Source of the DNA: an uncultured Chromatiales bacterium
GTDB taxonomy: Bacteria > Pseudomonadota > Gammaproteobacteria > S012-40
Reading direction: 5' to 3'
NCBI GenBank assembly: GCA_964442745.1
Contig: CAYUAI010000010.1
Location: 3,142-67,141, forward strand
Length of the DNA stretch: 64,000 bases
How positions within the stretch are numbered: position 1 is the stretch's first letter; every line of letters starts with the position of its first letter. The position numbers and the translations under genes are program-made. The notes under the pieces are model-generated. The model was not told the DNA's origin. It did not search any database and saw nothing but the letters and a program-made list of their open reading frames with translations. Positions 9,108 through 19,896 of this stretch are shown one piece after another.

Positions 9108-9764
9108 TTATTGTTGATTAATATATTCTTTCAAGAAAGTCAGTTCTTCCTCCAGTATTGCGATCCGCTGTTCAAGTTGTGTTAATCGATCGTTTTCAAT
9201 GGTGGCGGTGATTTGATTTGGCGTGTCATGTTGTTGGTTTGGCTGTTGGTCATGGGATTGTTCAAAAAATAAATGTGCAAAACGTCCCTCTCGGCGTCCA
9301 GCTTGTCGGGCGAGCGCTATTACATAAGGTCCATCTTCTCTTTCAGCTAATTTAGTTAAGGTTGATTCTACTTGAGATAGGTTGTCAAATTCACATAAAC
9401 GTGTTGTCCGGGTGCGAATTTCCCTTATCGTTTGTGGACCTCGTAATAATAAAATACATAAAATAGCCAGTTCCTGTTTGGAAAAGGTGTATTTTTCGAT
9501 GGCGTCGTCTGATAAGCGATGCGAGTATTTATTGACGCGACTGCCAGAAAGCTGTCGTTCAGTGATTAAAAACTTGTCGCTTAATGATTGTATATTGTCG
9601 AGGACTTCCGTGTCTGATAGATGCATGACTGGATCACGGTTGCTTTTTTGGTTGCATGCATTGGTCAGTGCATTTAAAGTTAATGGGTAATAATCGGGCG
9701 TTGTCATTTGTTTTTCAATGAGTGCGCCTAATATTCGAGCTTCTATCGGTGTGAGAATATCCAT
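9108..9764 (-). CDS. yceH: YceH/UPF0502 (DUF480) family protein
   Basis: MDILTPIEARILGALIEKQMTTPDYYPLTLNALTNACNQKSNRDPVM matches the conserved DUF480 N-terminus. Confidence 0.75.
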   Translation of the reverse strand: MDILTPIEARILGALIEKQMTTPDYYPLTLNALTNACNQKSNRDPVMHLSDTEVLDNIQSLSDKFLITERQLSGSRVNKYSHRLSDDAIEKYTFSKQELAILCILLLRGPQTIREIRTRTTRLCEFDNLSQVESTLTKLAEREDGPYVIALARQAGRREGRFAHLFFEQSHDQQPNQQHDTPNQITATIENDRLTQLEQRIAILEEELTFLKEYINQQ

Positions 9765-9835
9765 GCAAGTGCCCTGATGGTTGATGGTAAAGCAATATAG
9801 TTGATATTGGCTGATTATGCTATGGACAGTGGGGG

Positions 9836-12106
9836 CTATTTCCCAGGTCGAAGTAAGCCGCCTAAACCGACTTTTTCAAGCTCATTGTTTAGCATGGCCC
9901 GAATGGATTTGGCGTCTTCCATACGGTGTGCTTGTTCGAGTAAATCACGAGCGCGTACATAGCTAATACTCCGAATAACCCATTTAATACGCGGCAGAGC
10001 GACCACATTCATACTTAAACTTCCCATGCTAATTCCCATGCCTAACAGCAAAATGACGGCGGCAGGATCCCCCGCCATTTCACCACAAATACTGACTGGA
10101 ATGTGATTAATCGAGCCACTGTCAATGACATGTTGCACGGCCATGATAACGGCCGGATGCAGGCAATCGTATAAGCTGGCGACGTTTGGGTTATTGCGAT
10201 CCACGGCTAAGAGGTATTGGACTAAGTCGTTGGTACCCACTGACATAAAATCAACCCGCTTGGCAATAAGCGGTGCTTGATAAACGGCAGAAGGCACTTC
10301 AATCATGGCGCCGATTCGAGGCATGCATATATCTTTATGCCCTTCATTAATGAGTTCATTTCTAGCGCGACGGATTAGTACGAGTGATTCATTAATCTCT
10401 GTGACACTGGATATCATGGGTAGTAGCACATTCAGATTGATTAACCCTTCGCTGGCCTTTAACATAGCGCGCAGTTGAACAAGGAAAATATCCGGATGAT
10501 CTAAACTGATTCGAATACCGCGCCAACCGAGAAAGGGATTGTCTTCTTTGATAGGAAAATAGGATAAGTTTTTGTCACCTCCAATGTCTAAGGTACGTAA
10601 GGTGACCAGGCGAGGTGAGAAGGATTGTAGCACCTGTCGATACAGTTGTGTTTGTTCTTGTTCGCTAGGGAATTGGTCTCGGATCATGAAGGGAAATTCA
10701 GTACGGTATAAGCCTATCCCTTCGGCTCCACTATTGATTGACGAGGTCGTGTCTGAAAGCAGGCCGGTGTTGACATACAAAGGAATTCTAACTTTATCCG
10801 GTGTTTCAGCGGGCTGGTCTTTCAACGCTTCGAGTCCTGCGGAAAGTTCTTGCTCTTCTTTCATCAGGCGGGTGTATTCTTTTTTAACTGTGTGAGATGG
10901 GGAGATGTATAGGCATCCCTGATAGCCATCGACCACGACGGTCAACCCGTCTAGACTGCTGGTGGGTAAATCAACGGCGCCCATGATAGTTGGTACACCT
11001 AATGCGCGGGCCAATATGGCGACATGTGAAGAGCCGGAGCCGTGGGTGCATACCACGGCGGTGAGTTGTTCAATGGGGACTTCCATTAGATTCGAGGCGG
11101 TGAGTTCATCACCGATGAGTATGGTTTTTTTAGGGTAGGTCCGAGGGCCTCGGGTTTTAGACTGCAAGTGCATTAAAATGCGGCGTCCCAGGTCTCGAAT
11201 ATCTTGAGCACGTTCACGCAAGTAGTTGTCTTCCATTTGGGAGAAGACTTTTACCTGGTCTTGAACGGTGTCACGCAGGGCGGCTGATGCCCACAAGCCT
11301 TGCTGGATGCGACTGATGGTTTTTTGAATGAGGCTATCGCTTTTTAGCATTAATAAATAGGCATCAAAAATGGCCGAATCTTCAGCGGGCAAGTGAGCGA
11401 CACGTTTTTTAATGGCTAAAATTTCTTGTTCAGTCGCTGAAATTGCATTGCGAAACGCTTGAGTTTCTCCTTCTAAATCGTCAGTGTGGCGATTGGGAAC
11501 GGCTTCTAAGTCGGCGGGCGGGTAAATAACAACCGCTTGCCCAATCGCCACGCCTGGTGCGCCGGGTAGACCCCTAAATGGCCGGTCATGACTGATGTTT
11601 TTTCCGTTGAGTTCTGCAATGCCGCCACTGGCTTCTGCATGGGCAATGGCGCCTGCTAGTTGCGCTGCCATGGTGACTAACAGGGTCACTTCATCCTCTT
11701 CAAAGCGCCGGTGTTCTTGTTGCTGTACGACTAAAACACCAAATACATTGCGGTGATGGATGATAGGTACGCCTAAAAATCCATGGTAACAATCCTCGCC
11801 AGTTTCTGGGATATATTTGTAATTTGGGTGTCGGTGTGCGTTGCGGATATTAAAGGGTTCAGTACGTTGGCTAACAAGCCCGATTAAGCCTTCAGAAGCC
11901 GCTAATCGGACATTGCCGATTGCGCTGGGGTTTAATCCATCGGTAGCGACTAAAATATTTTCTTTGGTCACCGGTGCAGTTAAATAAACAGAGCAGACAT
12001 CGGCATGCATCACCTGCTTGACACGACGTACCATCAGCGATAGTACTTGCTCGAAATTTTCTGCAGTGTTGACTTCTTGTATGATACGGCGCAGTGTTTC
12101 TAGCAC
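9836..12106 (-). CDS. ptsP: Phosphoenolpyruvate-protein phosphotransferase PtsP (EI-Ntr) with N-terminal GAF domain
   Basis: A 756 aa protein with a GAF N-terminus and a PEP-utilising enzyme core. It lies downstream of rppH, which is the conserved rppH-ptsP arrangement. Confidence 0.9.
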   Translation of the reverse strand: MLETLRRIIQEVNTAENFEQVLSLMVRRVKQVMHADVCSVYLTAPVTKENILVATDGLNPSAIGNVRLAASEGLIGLVSQRTEPFNIRNAHRHPNYKYIPETGEDCYHGFLGVPIIHHRNVFGVLVVQQQEHRRFEEDEVTLLVTMAAQLAGAIAHAEASGGIAELNGKNISHDRPFRGLPGAPGVAIGQAVVIYPPADLEAVPNRHTDDLEGETQAFRNAISATEQEILAIKKRVAHLPAEDSAIFDAYLLMLKSDSLIQKTISRIQQGLWASAALRDTVQDQVKVFSQMEDNYLRERAQDIRDLGRRILMHLQSKTRGPRTYPKKTILIGDELTASNLMEVPIEQLTAVVCTHGSGSSHVAILARALGVPTIMGAVDLPTSSLDGLTVVVDGYQGCLYISPSHTVKKEYTRLMKEEQELSAGLEALKDQPAETPDKVRIPLYVNTGLLSDTTSSINSGAEGIGLYRTEFPFMIRDQFPSEQEQTQLYRQVLQSFSPRLVTLRTLDIGGDKNLSYFPIKEDNPFLGWRGIRISLDHPDIFLVQLRAMLKASEGLINLNVLLPMISSVTEINESLVLIRRARNELINEGHKDICMPRIGAMIEVPSAVYQAPLIAKRVDFMSVGTNDLVQYLLAVDRNNPNVASLYDCLHPAVIMAVQHVIDSGSINHIPVSICGEMAGDPAAVILLLGMGISMGSLSMNVVALPRIKWVIRSISYVRARDLLEQAHRMEDAKSIRAMLNNELEKVGLGGLLRPGK

Positions 12107-12496
12107 AAGTTTTCCTGAAAGATGTAGTATTGCTTAAATAATATCATTGATTGAGAGGTGCAGCTGCACTTAGGAATGAGGGATTGATTAAAATACCCAT
12201 CGAGCCGGTCTTTTTGCCCGTCGGTTACCTCGCTCACTAGGTGCCCCACGGGACCGTGAAAACGACAAACAAAAATCCGGCGCAATATAGGTACTTTAAT
12301 TTCAGCCTCATTCCTTCACATAAATAAGCGGATTTTTCGCTTACTTAGAAGAGTCGGGTAGTATCTATACCTTCTTCAGAAAAAACCTGTGAAATCAATT
12401 TTCTTCGCGATTTTCAAGCGTCAAACTGCCCAATGTCGGAACTTAGAACGCAAAGTCTATTGCGCAAATATCATCCGTGAAACCCAGGGGTGTCGG

Positions 12497-13018
12497 TTAT
12501 ATTTTGTATGTATTTCGGCTCATGATATAGTTTTGGCCTAAAATAATCGGTGCCAATTCAGAAAGTGCACGTTGGTATACATTTCTTTTGAATGAGACGA
12601 CTTCACCTAATGGGTGCCAATAATCCACCCAACGCCAGAAATCGAATTCAGGCGCATTCGATAAGTTGAGCTGAATATATTCATCTGATTTATTTAATCG
12701 TAGCATAAACCAACGCTGTTTTTGCCCAATACAAAGAGGTTTGCAGTTGTATCGGATGAGGCGCTTGGGCAATTGATAATGTAGCCAATGTTGTGTTGAG
12801 CCAATGATACTCACATGATGTGGGCTTAAGCCGACTTCTTCTTTAAGTTCACGAAATAATGCCTGTTTTGGCGTTTCATTTTCTTTAATGCCGCCTTGCG
12901 GGAATTGCCAGGCCTCTTGGCCGACCCGACGCGCCCATAATAGTTTATCATCTTGATTACACAGAATGATGCCTACGTTTAATCTGTATCCGTTTGAGTC
13001 GATCACGAAAAAAACCAA
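12497..13018 (-). CDS. rppH: RNA pyrophosphohydrolase RppH (Nudix)
   Basis: The Nudix box is GGIKENETPKQALFRELKEEVGL. The sequence is strongly similar to E. coli RppH throughout, for example CIGQKQRWF and VVSFKRNVY. The true start may be the internal V/M at ...VIDSNGY. Confidence 0.9.
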   Translation of the reverse strand: MVFFVIDSNGYRLNVGIILCNQDDKLLWARRVGQEAWQFPQGGIKENETPKQALFRELKEEVGLSPHHVSIIGSTQHWLHYQLPKRLIRYNCKPLCIGQKQRWFMLRLNKSDEYIQLNLSNAPEFDFWRWVDYWHPLGEVVSFKRNVYQRALSELAPIILGQNYIMSRNTYKI

Positions 13019-13334
13019 TCATTGATAATTGAACTTAAAAACACCCTTAGCCGCTCATTTTTCGTGTCCGCGTTTGCTTATCTCAGCCTGAGTGGCGGTA
13101 TTGAAACCATGAATTCATCTTTCTCAGAATATGGCTAACCCAACATTTCTTTCGTTTATTGTTCCACAAGTACACGGTCTGTCGCAAATTTTCCGTAAAT
13201 ACTTATGTATATAATGAGTTTTAATGGGGTTGAAACGTAATGATTTACGATCGCCCTTGCTATAAGATTAGTCGATAAAGGGGTTTGGCGAGCGGAGGTG
13301 AGAACAATGCTTAACCTTTTTTCCTCATGGATAC

Positions 13335-13360
13335 GGGGGGGGGCGGGGCGGGTTGAAGGG
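13335..13360 (+). other. G-rich tract with G-quadruplex potential (G9-C-G4-C-G3-TTGAA-G3) in the rppH/HAD intergenic region
   Basis: Direct reading gives cgggggggggcggggcgggttgaaggg. Confidence 0.4.
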
Positions 13361-13491
13361 TATGTTAGGCTAACAAATATCCAGCCCAAGCATGGGGTAG
13401 TACGATTGCATTGGATCATGGCTAAATGTAATGACGTACCAAGTATTTACTGAGCTGTCATCTGCCATCAATTTAAAGGGGAATATAGCGA

Positions 13492-14145
13492 GTGAGTGTT
13501 GCAATTTTTGATTTAGATAATACGTTGCTAAATGGTGATAGTGATTATTTATGGGGTCAATATCTGGTTGAGCAAAATGCGGTGGATGTGGTTTGGTATG
13601 AGCAGCAAAATCAGCGATTTTATGACGAATATAAAAATGGTAGCTTGGATATCCATGAATTTTTACAGTTTAGTTTAAGTCCGCTTGCAAGGTACTCCGT
13701 TGTCCAATTAGAGGTGTGGCGTTTGCAATTTATCGAGTCAAAAATATGTCAGATATTGTTGCCTAAAGCCAGTGAGCTCGTTGAAAAACATCGATCGGAG
13801 GGGCATGTTTTATTGATCATTACCGCGACGAATCGTTTCATTGCCGAACCCATTGCGGCAAAATATAATATTCCTCATTTGTTAGCCACGGAACCTGAGC
13901 TGACGACTGAAGGGTATACGGGACGAGTGGTGGGTATTCCTTGCTTTCAGGAGGGGAAGGTTCAACGTTTAGATGAGTGGTTAGCATTCACTGGGCATTC
14001 TCTCGATGGCAGCTATTTTTATAGCGATTCTCATAATGATTTGCCTTTGCTTGAAAAAGTGACCTATCCGGTGGTGGTGGATCCTGATGAAATATTGGCA
14101 GAGCAGGCGGCTAATCGAGGATGGTCTGTGATAAGCTTGCGGTAA
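13492..14145 (+). CDS. HAD-superfamily subfamily IB hydrolase (phosphoserine-phosphatase-like)
   Basis: HAD motif I is FDLDNTLL. The GTG start follows an in-frame TAG directly. The RBS is aaagggga. Confidence 0.65.
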   Translation: MSVAIFDLDNTLLNGDSDYLWGQYLVEQNAVDVVWYEQQNQRFYDEYKNGSLDIHEFLQFSLSPLARYSVVQLEVWRLQFIESKICQILLPKASELVEKHRSEGHVLLIITATNRFIAEPIAAKYNIPHLLATEPELTTEGYTGRVVGIPCFQEGKVQRLDEWLAFTGHSLDGSYFYSDSHNDLPLLEKVTYPVVVDPDEILAEQAANRGWSVISLR

Positions 14146-14360
14146 TTTTCTATGGCTGTTCTTAGATCCGACATTGGGTCGCCTAGTGTTTGAATATCGC
14201 GATGAGAATTGATCTCACCGGGGTTTTTCTGAAGGAGGCCATACTTAATTGTATGGCCGGCTGCCGAAAAATTTCTGTGAAATCAAGGATCAAGTGAGAT
14301 TAAATGATAGGCTGCTCAATGTTGGTTAGATGGATTCCTCTCCAAATATCCTACGATTTG

Positions 14361-15248
14361 CTATTGGCTTGCTGACGTTAAAAAGAGTGCCGGATCGACG
14401 CGTGTGTTATTTAAGCTAACGCTCCAGTGTAAGTGTGGGCCAGTGACACGTCCTGTCATACCGACAGTACCTAGCGTATCGCGAAGTTTGATGGTTTGTC
14501 CCGGTGTCACAGAAATACGCGCCATATGACAATACATTGTCACTAGGCCTTGGCCGTGATCAAGGAATACCGTCTTGCCATTAAAAAAGAAATCGCCGGT
14601 GTCAATTACCGTGCCGGGGGCGGGGGCATGGATAATGGTGCCTTGGGGGGCAGCAATATCCATGCCGCTGTGTGGTTTGCGTGGCTGCTTATTGAAAAAT
14701 CGTTTTAAGCCAAAACTGCTGCTCATCTTTCCATCTACCGGCGGTACAAATTGAGTGACAATCGTTTGTGATTGATTCCAAGCATTAAAAGCGCGCCTGA
14801 TTTGTTTTTTTTCTTTAACGATGCGTTTAAGGTCGTCTGAATTTGGGTTGACTTGGCGTTTATTTTTAATCGTTAGATGTTGGGTGGCGTAGGCTTTTTC
14901 TTGTACGCTAAAGCTCAATTTTGTACGATTATTACCATATTCGACAGTAATATAATGAACGCTAGTCGAGGCTGAGAGCGGTATGCCAACAATAGCGACC
15001 CACTGTGCGTTGCGTTCGATGACCATTATTTTTCGGTTTTTATACGTGGCGGACGGTGCTTTGTTGTGCGTGCTGTCACCTAATTGGATAATGGCAATAC
15101 CGCCGGGAACGCGGGCTTCACTCGGTAATGAGGTGGTGGCGAGTAAGCTCAGTGGGGACCACAGTAAAATCGTCGCAATGATGTACAGGCGGTTGGTTAA
15201 CCAAGGTTGACATATGGCAGGATGTCGGTATTGGTTTGTTGATACCAC
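14361..15248 (-). CDS. M23 family metallopeptidase (secreted)
   Basis: The C-terminal M23 motifs are HSGMDIAAP and GPHLHWSV. The signal peptide is LYIIATILLWSPLSLLATTSLPSEA. The proposed GTG start at 15248 follows the RBS aaaggag. The ORF track extends the ORF to 15407. Confidence 0.7.
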   Translation of the reverse strand: MVSTNQYRHPAICQPWLTNRLYIIATILLWSPLSLLATTSLPSEARVPGGIAIIQLGDSTHNKAPSATYKNRKIMVIERNAQWVAIVGIPLSASTSVHYITVEYGNNRTKLSFSVQEKAYATQHLTIKNKRQVNPNSDDLKRIVKEKKQIRRAFNAWNQSQTIVTQFVPPVDGKMSSSFGLKRFFNKQPRKPHSGMDIAAPQGTIIHAPAPGTVIDTGDFFFNGKTVFLDHGQGLVTMYCHMARISVTPGQTIKLRDTLGTVGMTGRVTGPHLHWSVSLNNTRVDPALFLTSASQ

Positions 15249-15413
15249 AACAGTTTCTCCTTTACGTACTCCATGTATAGAGCAGTTTATGGTTAGTTTT
15301 AATTCGTTGGTTGTTGATCCATAGGGTTTATCACCCAAAGTCGGCGCTGAGTCTATATTGTTGGTGCTTTTAAAGCACCAACAATGATCAAGTGATAGGT
15401 TGCCCAATGTCGG

Positions 15414-15725
15414 CTAGAACAACCAGGGTTTTGCATTTTGTTGAGAAATCGATTGCTGGTAACCTAGCTGGGCTTGTTTGAGGGCTTTTCGAGCAAGTTT
15501 CATGGCTTGTTCCGTTTGGCCTTTTTCTGCCTCGGCTTTGGCTTGCTTGATTATTTTTTGCGTATCACGCCATTCTCCACCGACGGAATCGGCTTTGGTG
15601 ATCGCTTCTTGTGCTTGTGTGAGCAGTGTTGGCAGATCGGTGACTTTCGACATTTCAGAGGTGGGGGCGCTTGCACAACCAAAGAACGCCGTGACAATGA
15701 AAGTAAATGTTGCTGTTTTTTTCAT
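15414..15725 (-). CDS. Small lipoprotein of unknown function
   Basis: MKKTATFTFIVTAFFGCAS has a lipobox. An AAGGAG RBS lies upstream of the ATG at 15725. The remainder is Lys/Gln/Ala-rich and helical. Confidence 0.55.
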   Translation of the reverse strand: MKKTATFTFIVTAFFGCASAPTSEMSKVTDLPTLLTQAQEAITKADSVGGEWRDTQKIIKQAKAEAEKGQTEQAMKLARKALKQAQLGYQQSISQQNAKPWLF

Positions 15726-16105
15726 ATAGGATGCTCCTTCAAAACACTGCAATTGGTGAGGCAGATTAGTTTGGGATGTGTTTGTCCCGCTGAATAACTT
15801 TTTTTCAATAGATTACTGATTTTACTTTGTGTTTCGTCAGTGTTTTTATCATCCGACGCCGTTTGCTATTCAGTATACACCTTTTTGGGAGATGTCTACC
15901 TTGGCTCGTCTTCATCCGCTCAAAGCGTGTGCTTACTTGTCCTGTGAGCGTTGGCGAAGACGGGGAGTGATGGCGATATGGACAGCCTCCTAGCAATAAT
16001 AATGTTGTCTCCTTGGTGGACGTCATTGAGGATGATTATCTGGATATTGAATAACCTCCATTTCATTGCCAGAAAAAGTCTATACCAAATATATAAACTA
16101 TTCAG

Positions 16106-16134
16106 TTTACCGCGTCCAGGTCAATCGTTATAAT
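16106..16134 (+). promoter_or_regulatory. Putative sigma-70 promoter for guaB
   Basis: TTTACC, a 17 nt spacer, then TATAAT, located about 30 nt upstream of the guaB ATG. Confidence 0.35.
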
Positions 16135-16161
16135 TGAGGCTTTTTAACGACGGAACTGTTC

Positions 16162-17631
16162 ATGCTGCGAATCGTTCAAGAAGCGCTGACCTTCGATGAT
16201 ATCCTTTTATTACCTGCTCATTCTGAGGTTTTACCGAAAGAAGTGTCGCTAAAAACGCGCTTAACCAAACAGATCGAGCTAAATATTCCTTTGGTCGCTG
16301 CGGCCATGGATACGGTGACTGAGTCGCGTTTAGCGATAAGTTTGGCTCAGGAAGGCGGTATTGGCATCATTCATAAAAACATGAGTGTTGCACAGCAAGC
16401 CGATGAGGTTAGGCGGGTTAAGAAGTTTGAAAGTGGTGTGATAAAAGAGCCCATTACCGTCTCCCCCAAAACCAGTGTACGGCATGTATTAGAGATTACA
16501 CGAGCCAATAACATCTCTGGGGTTCCCGTTGTTGAGGGGGGGTTGCTGCAGGGCATTGTGACCCGTCGCGACTTTCGATTTGAAACCCGACTTGATAACC
16601 CCGTGTCCACGATTATGACGCCACGTAAACGGTTAGTGACGGTGCAGGAAGGGGCGGCGAAAGATGAAGTCTTGGCGCTGTTGCATAAACATCGGATTGA
16701 AAAAGTACTTGTTGTTAACGAGGGTTTTCAGCTGCGAGGTTTGATTACCGTCAAGGATATTCAAAAGTCAACGGACTATCCGCTGGCCTGTAAAGATGAG
16801 CAAGGTCGTCTCAGAGTGGGGGCGGCAGTTGGGACTGGCGAAGGCACGGATGATCGGGTTGATAGTTTAGTGGCTGCCGGCATTGATGTGATTATCATTG
16901 ATACCGCCCATGGTCACTCACAGCGAGTAATTGATCGTGTGCGGTGGGTGAAAGACAATTATCCTGATCTGCAAGTTATCGGCGGTAATATCGCCACGGC
17001 GGCGGCGGCGGAAGCTCTCGCTGATGCTGGCGCCGATGCCGTCAAGGTGGGTATTGGTCCAGGCTCCATTTGTACAACACGTATTGTGACGGGGGTTGGC
17101 GTGCCGCAAATTACCGGGATTGCTAATGTAGCCAAAGCGCTGAGCGAAAAAAATATACCGCTGATTGCGGATGGTGGTATTCGTTTTTCAGGTGATTTAG
17201 CCAAAGCCATTGTGGCCGGTGCTTATACGGTGATGGTGGGGGGTATGTTTGCCGGAACGGAAGAAGCGCCGGGCGAAGTCGAGTTATATCAAGGTCGTTC
17301 CTATAAAGCTTATCGTGGTATGGGATCACTCGGTGCTATGGCTCAACAACAAGGCTCATCTGACCGTTATTTTCAAGAAAATACCTCGAATGTAGATAAG
17401 CTCGTTCCCGAGGGGATTGAGGGGCGTGTGCCGTACAAAGGCAGTATGATTGCCATTGTCCATCAATTGATGGGTGGGTTGCGTGCAAGTATGGGATATA
17501 CCGGTTCGAGCACCATTGATGAAATGCGTACCCGGCCTGAGTTTATTCGGGTGACAGGGGCCGGTATGAAAGAAAGTCATGTTCATGATGTGACGATTAC
17601 CAAAGAAGCCCCGAATTATCGGATTGACTGA
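16162..17631 (+). CDS. guaB: IMP dehydrogenase
   Basis: A 489 aa protein with the IMPDH catalytic loop [11 protein letters not shown] and a CBS pair. Confidence 0.95.
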   Translation: MLRIVQEALTFDDILLLPAHSEVLPKEVSLKTRLTKQIELNIPLVAAAMDTVTESRLAISLAQEGGIGIIHKNMSVAQQADEVRRVKKFESGVIKEPITVSPKTSVRHVLEITRANNISGVPVVEGGLLQGIVTRRDFRFETRLDNPVSTIMTPRKRLVTVQEGAAKDEVLALLHKHRIEKVLVVNEGFQLRGLITVKDIQKSTDYPLACKDEQGRLRVGAAVGTGEGTDDRVDSLVAAGIDVIIIDTAHGHSQRVIDRVRWVKDNYPDLQVIGGNIATAAAAEALADAGADAVKVGIGPGSICTTRIVTGVGVPQITGIANVAKALSEKNIPLIADGGIRFSGDLAKAIVAGAYTVMVGGMFAGTEEAPGEVELYQGRSYKAYRGMGSLGAMAQQQGSSDRYFQENTSNVDKLVPEGIEGRVPYKGSMIAIVHQLMGGLRASMGYTGSSTIDEMRTRPEFIRVTGAGMKESHVHDVTITKEAPNYRID

Positions 17632-17706
17632 AGTCCCTTAGGTGATGGCTAAATTATCGGTGATGATTCGTCCATTGGTTTGCCCTTCCATTATTTCTAA
17701 CAATAA

Positions 17707-19296
17707 ATGACAGTCGCCATGTCGCAAGATATCCATGTTTACCGAATTTTAATTATTGATTTTGGTTCGCAATATACCCAGCTGATTGCACGGCGTGTCC
17801 GTGAAATTGGCGTTTATTGTGAAATTGTCCCGTTTGATGTGGCAGAGAGTAAAATTGTTGCATTTAAAGCGAGCGGGATTATTTTATCGGGGGGACCCGA
17901 ATCATTAACCGAGCAATCCCCACCGAAGGCACCGTCCGTGGTGTTTGAGTTATCGGTACCAGTATTGGGAATTTGCTACGGCATGCAGACCATGGCGGCA
18001 CAATTAGGGGGGACTGTTGAGGCCTCTTTAGAGCGTGAATTTGGTTATGCGCAGGTTCGAGCTCATCACCATACTCAGTTATTAAATTGTATTGAAGATC
18101 ATACCACAGCCGAAGGATTTGGCTTGTTAGATGTGTGGATGAGTCATGGTGATAAGGTGGTGTCGTTGCCGCCTGGTTTTTGTGTGATGGCAAGTACGGA
18201 CAGTGCACCGATTGCGGGTATGGCGGATGAACAGCGGCGATTCTATGCGCTACAGTTTCACCCCGAAGTAACTCACACTCGACAAGGCAACAGAATTCTC
18301 GAACGATTTGTCAAAACGATCTGTGGCTGTGAATCTCACTGGATACCTGGCAATATCATCACCGATGCGATCCAGAAAATTCGTCAACAAATTAGCGATG
18401 AACCCGTGTTGCTTGGCTTGTCTGGCGGTGTGGATTCCTCGGTCGTTGCGGCGTTATTACATCGGGCAATTGGTGATAAATTGACGTGCGTGTTTGTTGA
18501 TAATGGTTTGCTTCGCTTAAACGAAGGAGATCAAGTGATGGCCACCTTTGCTGAGCACATGGGGGTTCAGGTGGTGCGTGTGAGCGCTGAGGATGCATTT
18601 TTGTCAGCGCTCCAGGGGGTGACTGATCCGGAGCAAAAGCGCAAGATTATTGGTAATTTATTTATCAAACTGTTTGAGCAAGAAGCCACTAAACTAAACC
18701 AGATACAGTGGTTAGCTCAGGGAACCATTTACTCGGATGTGATTGAGTCCGCGGGGTCAAAAACTGGAAAAGCCCATCTGATTAAGTCTCATCATAATGT
18801 GGGTGGATTACCTGAAGATATGAATTTAAAATTGCTGGAGCCATTGCGCGAGTTATTTAAAGACGAAGTGCGTGCTTTAGGTATCGAACTCGGTTTGCCT
18901 TACGATATGGTCTATCGGCATCCTTTCCCAGGGCCTGGTTTAGGGGTCAGAATTTTGGGTGAGGTGAAAAAAGAATATGCGGATTATCTGCGATACGCGG
19001 ATGATATTTTTATTAGTGAATTACGTCAATATCAGTTATATGACAAAGTTAGTCAGGCGTTTGCCGTGTTTTTGCCCATTAAATCCGTTGGGGTGATGGG
19101 GGATGGGCGACGGTATGATTATGTCATCAGTTTACGTGCGGTGGAAACGGTGGATTTTATGACGGCTGTCTGGGCTCGATTGCCGTATGATTTTCTTGAT
19201 CATGTCTCAAGGCGAATTATCAATGAAGTGCCCGGAATTTCTCGGGTCGTCTATGACATTTCGGGTAAGCCACCCGCCACCATTGAATGGGAATGA
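17707..19296 (+). CDS. guaA: GMP synthase (glutamine-hydrolysing)
   Basis: Near-colinear with E. coli GuaA, including the GATase domain, the ATP-PPase motif SGGVDSSV and the C-terminal KPPATIEWE. The start could be 17707 or the downstream ATG at 17722. Confidence 0.95.
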   Translation: MTVAMSQDIHVYRILIIDFGSQYTQLIARRVREIGVYCEIVPFDVAESKIVAFKASGIILSGGPESLTEQSPPKAPSVVFELSVPVLGICYGMQTMAAQLGGTVEASLEREFGYAQVRAHHHTQLLNCIEDHTTAEGFGLLDVWMSHGDKVVSLPPGFCVMASTDSAPIAGMADEQRRFYALQFHPEVTHTRQGNRILERFVKTICGCESHWIPGNIITDAIQKIRQQISDEPVLLGLSGGVDSSVVAALLHRAIGDKLTCVFVDNGLLRLNEGDQVMATFAEHMGVQVVRVSAEDAFLSALQGVTDPEQKRKIIGNLFIKLFEQEATKLNQIQWLAQGTIYSDVIESAGSKTGKAHLIKSHHNVGGLPEDMNLKLLEPLRELFKDEVRALGIELGLPYDMVYRHPFPGPGLGVRILGEVKKEYADYLRYADDIFISELRQYQLYDKVSQAFAVFLPIKSVGVMGDGRRYDYVISLRAVETVDFMTAVWARLPYDFLDHVSRRIINEVPGISRVVYDISGKPPATIEWE

Positions 19297-19754
19297 CATC
19301 CGACGATATTTGGATGCAGCATGCACTGATATTGGCAAAACACGCGGAAAAGCATAATGAAGTTCCGGTAGGGGCGGTCGTTGTCCAAAATGCTGAGCTC
19401 ATTGGTGAAGGTTGGAATCAACCTATTGTTAGCCATGACCCGACCGCCCATGCCGAAGTCGTTGCTATTCGTCAGGCAGGCCAATTTTTAGGGAATTATC
19501 GACTGGTTAATGCTAGCTTATATGTGACTTTGGAGCCATGCCCGATGTGTGCGGGAGCTATCATTCAAGCAAGAATTAAACGGGTTGTGTTTGGTGCATG
19601 GGATCCCAGAACAGGATCGGCTGGCAGTGTGTTCAATCTATTGAATTCTGATCAATTAAATCATAAAGCCACCGTTTGCTCCGGTGTAATGAACCAAGAT
19701 TGTAGTCAACTGCTCAAAGATTTTTTTCACAAGCGGCGTGTTCAGCGCGGTTGA
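19287..19754 (+). CDS. tadA: tRNA-specific adenosine deaminase
   Basis: CMP/dCMP deaminase zinc motifs HAEV...PCPMC are present. The gene overlaps the guaA stop by 10 nt. Confidence 0.85.
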   Translation: MGMTSDDIWMQHALILAKHAEKHNEVPVGAVVVQNAELIGEGWNQPIVSHDPTAHAEVVAIRQAGQFLGNYRLVNASLYVTLEPCPMCAGAIIQARIKRVVFGAWDPRTGSAGSVFNLLNSDQLNHKATVCSGVMNQDCSQLLKDFFHKRRVQRG

Positions 19755-19896
19755 GTCGCTTCATTTGATTCCTCATTAATTTCTCTTGCCAATGTTGTTC
19801 TTGATGTGGCTATTTTATCTCGCTCCATTTTCTAGTGAATTTGCCGATACAAAGCTAAGTTGATTTTGAGTGTCGATAAACTAAAGGCTTATTTTT

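Noticed and set aside
12100-12285. 61 aa ORF upstream of and overlapping the ptsP start
   Set aside because: It has no RBS and no recognisable family. Its first codons overlap the ptsP start. I treat it as intergenic.
13156-13419. 87 aa minus-strand ORF in the rppH/HAD intergenic region
   Set aside because: It spans the poly-G tract and is low complexity with no RBS. It is likely non-coding promoter region.
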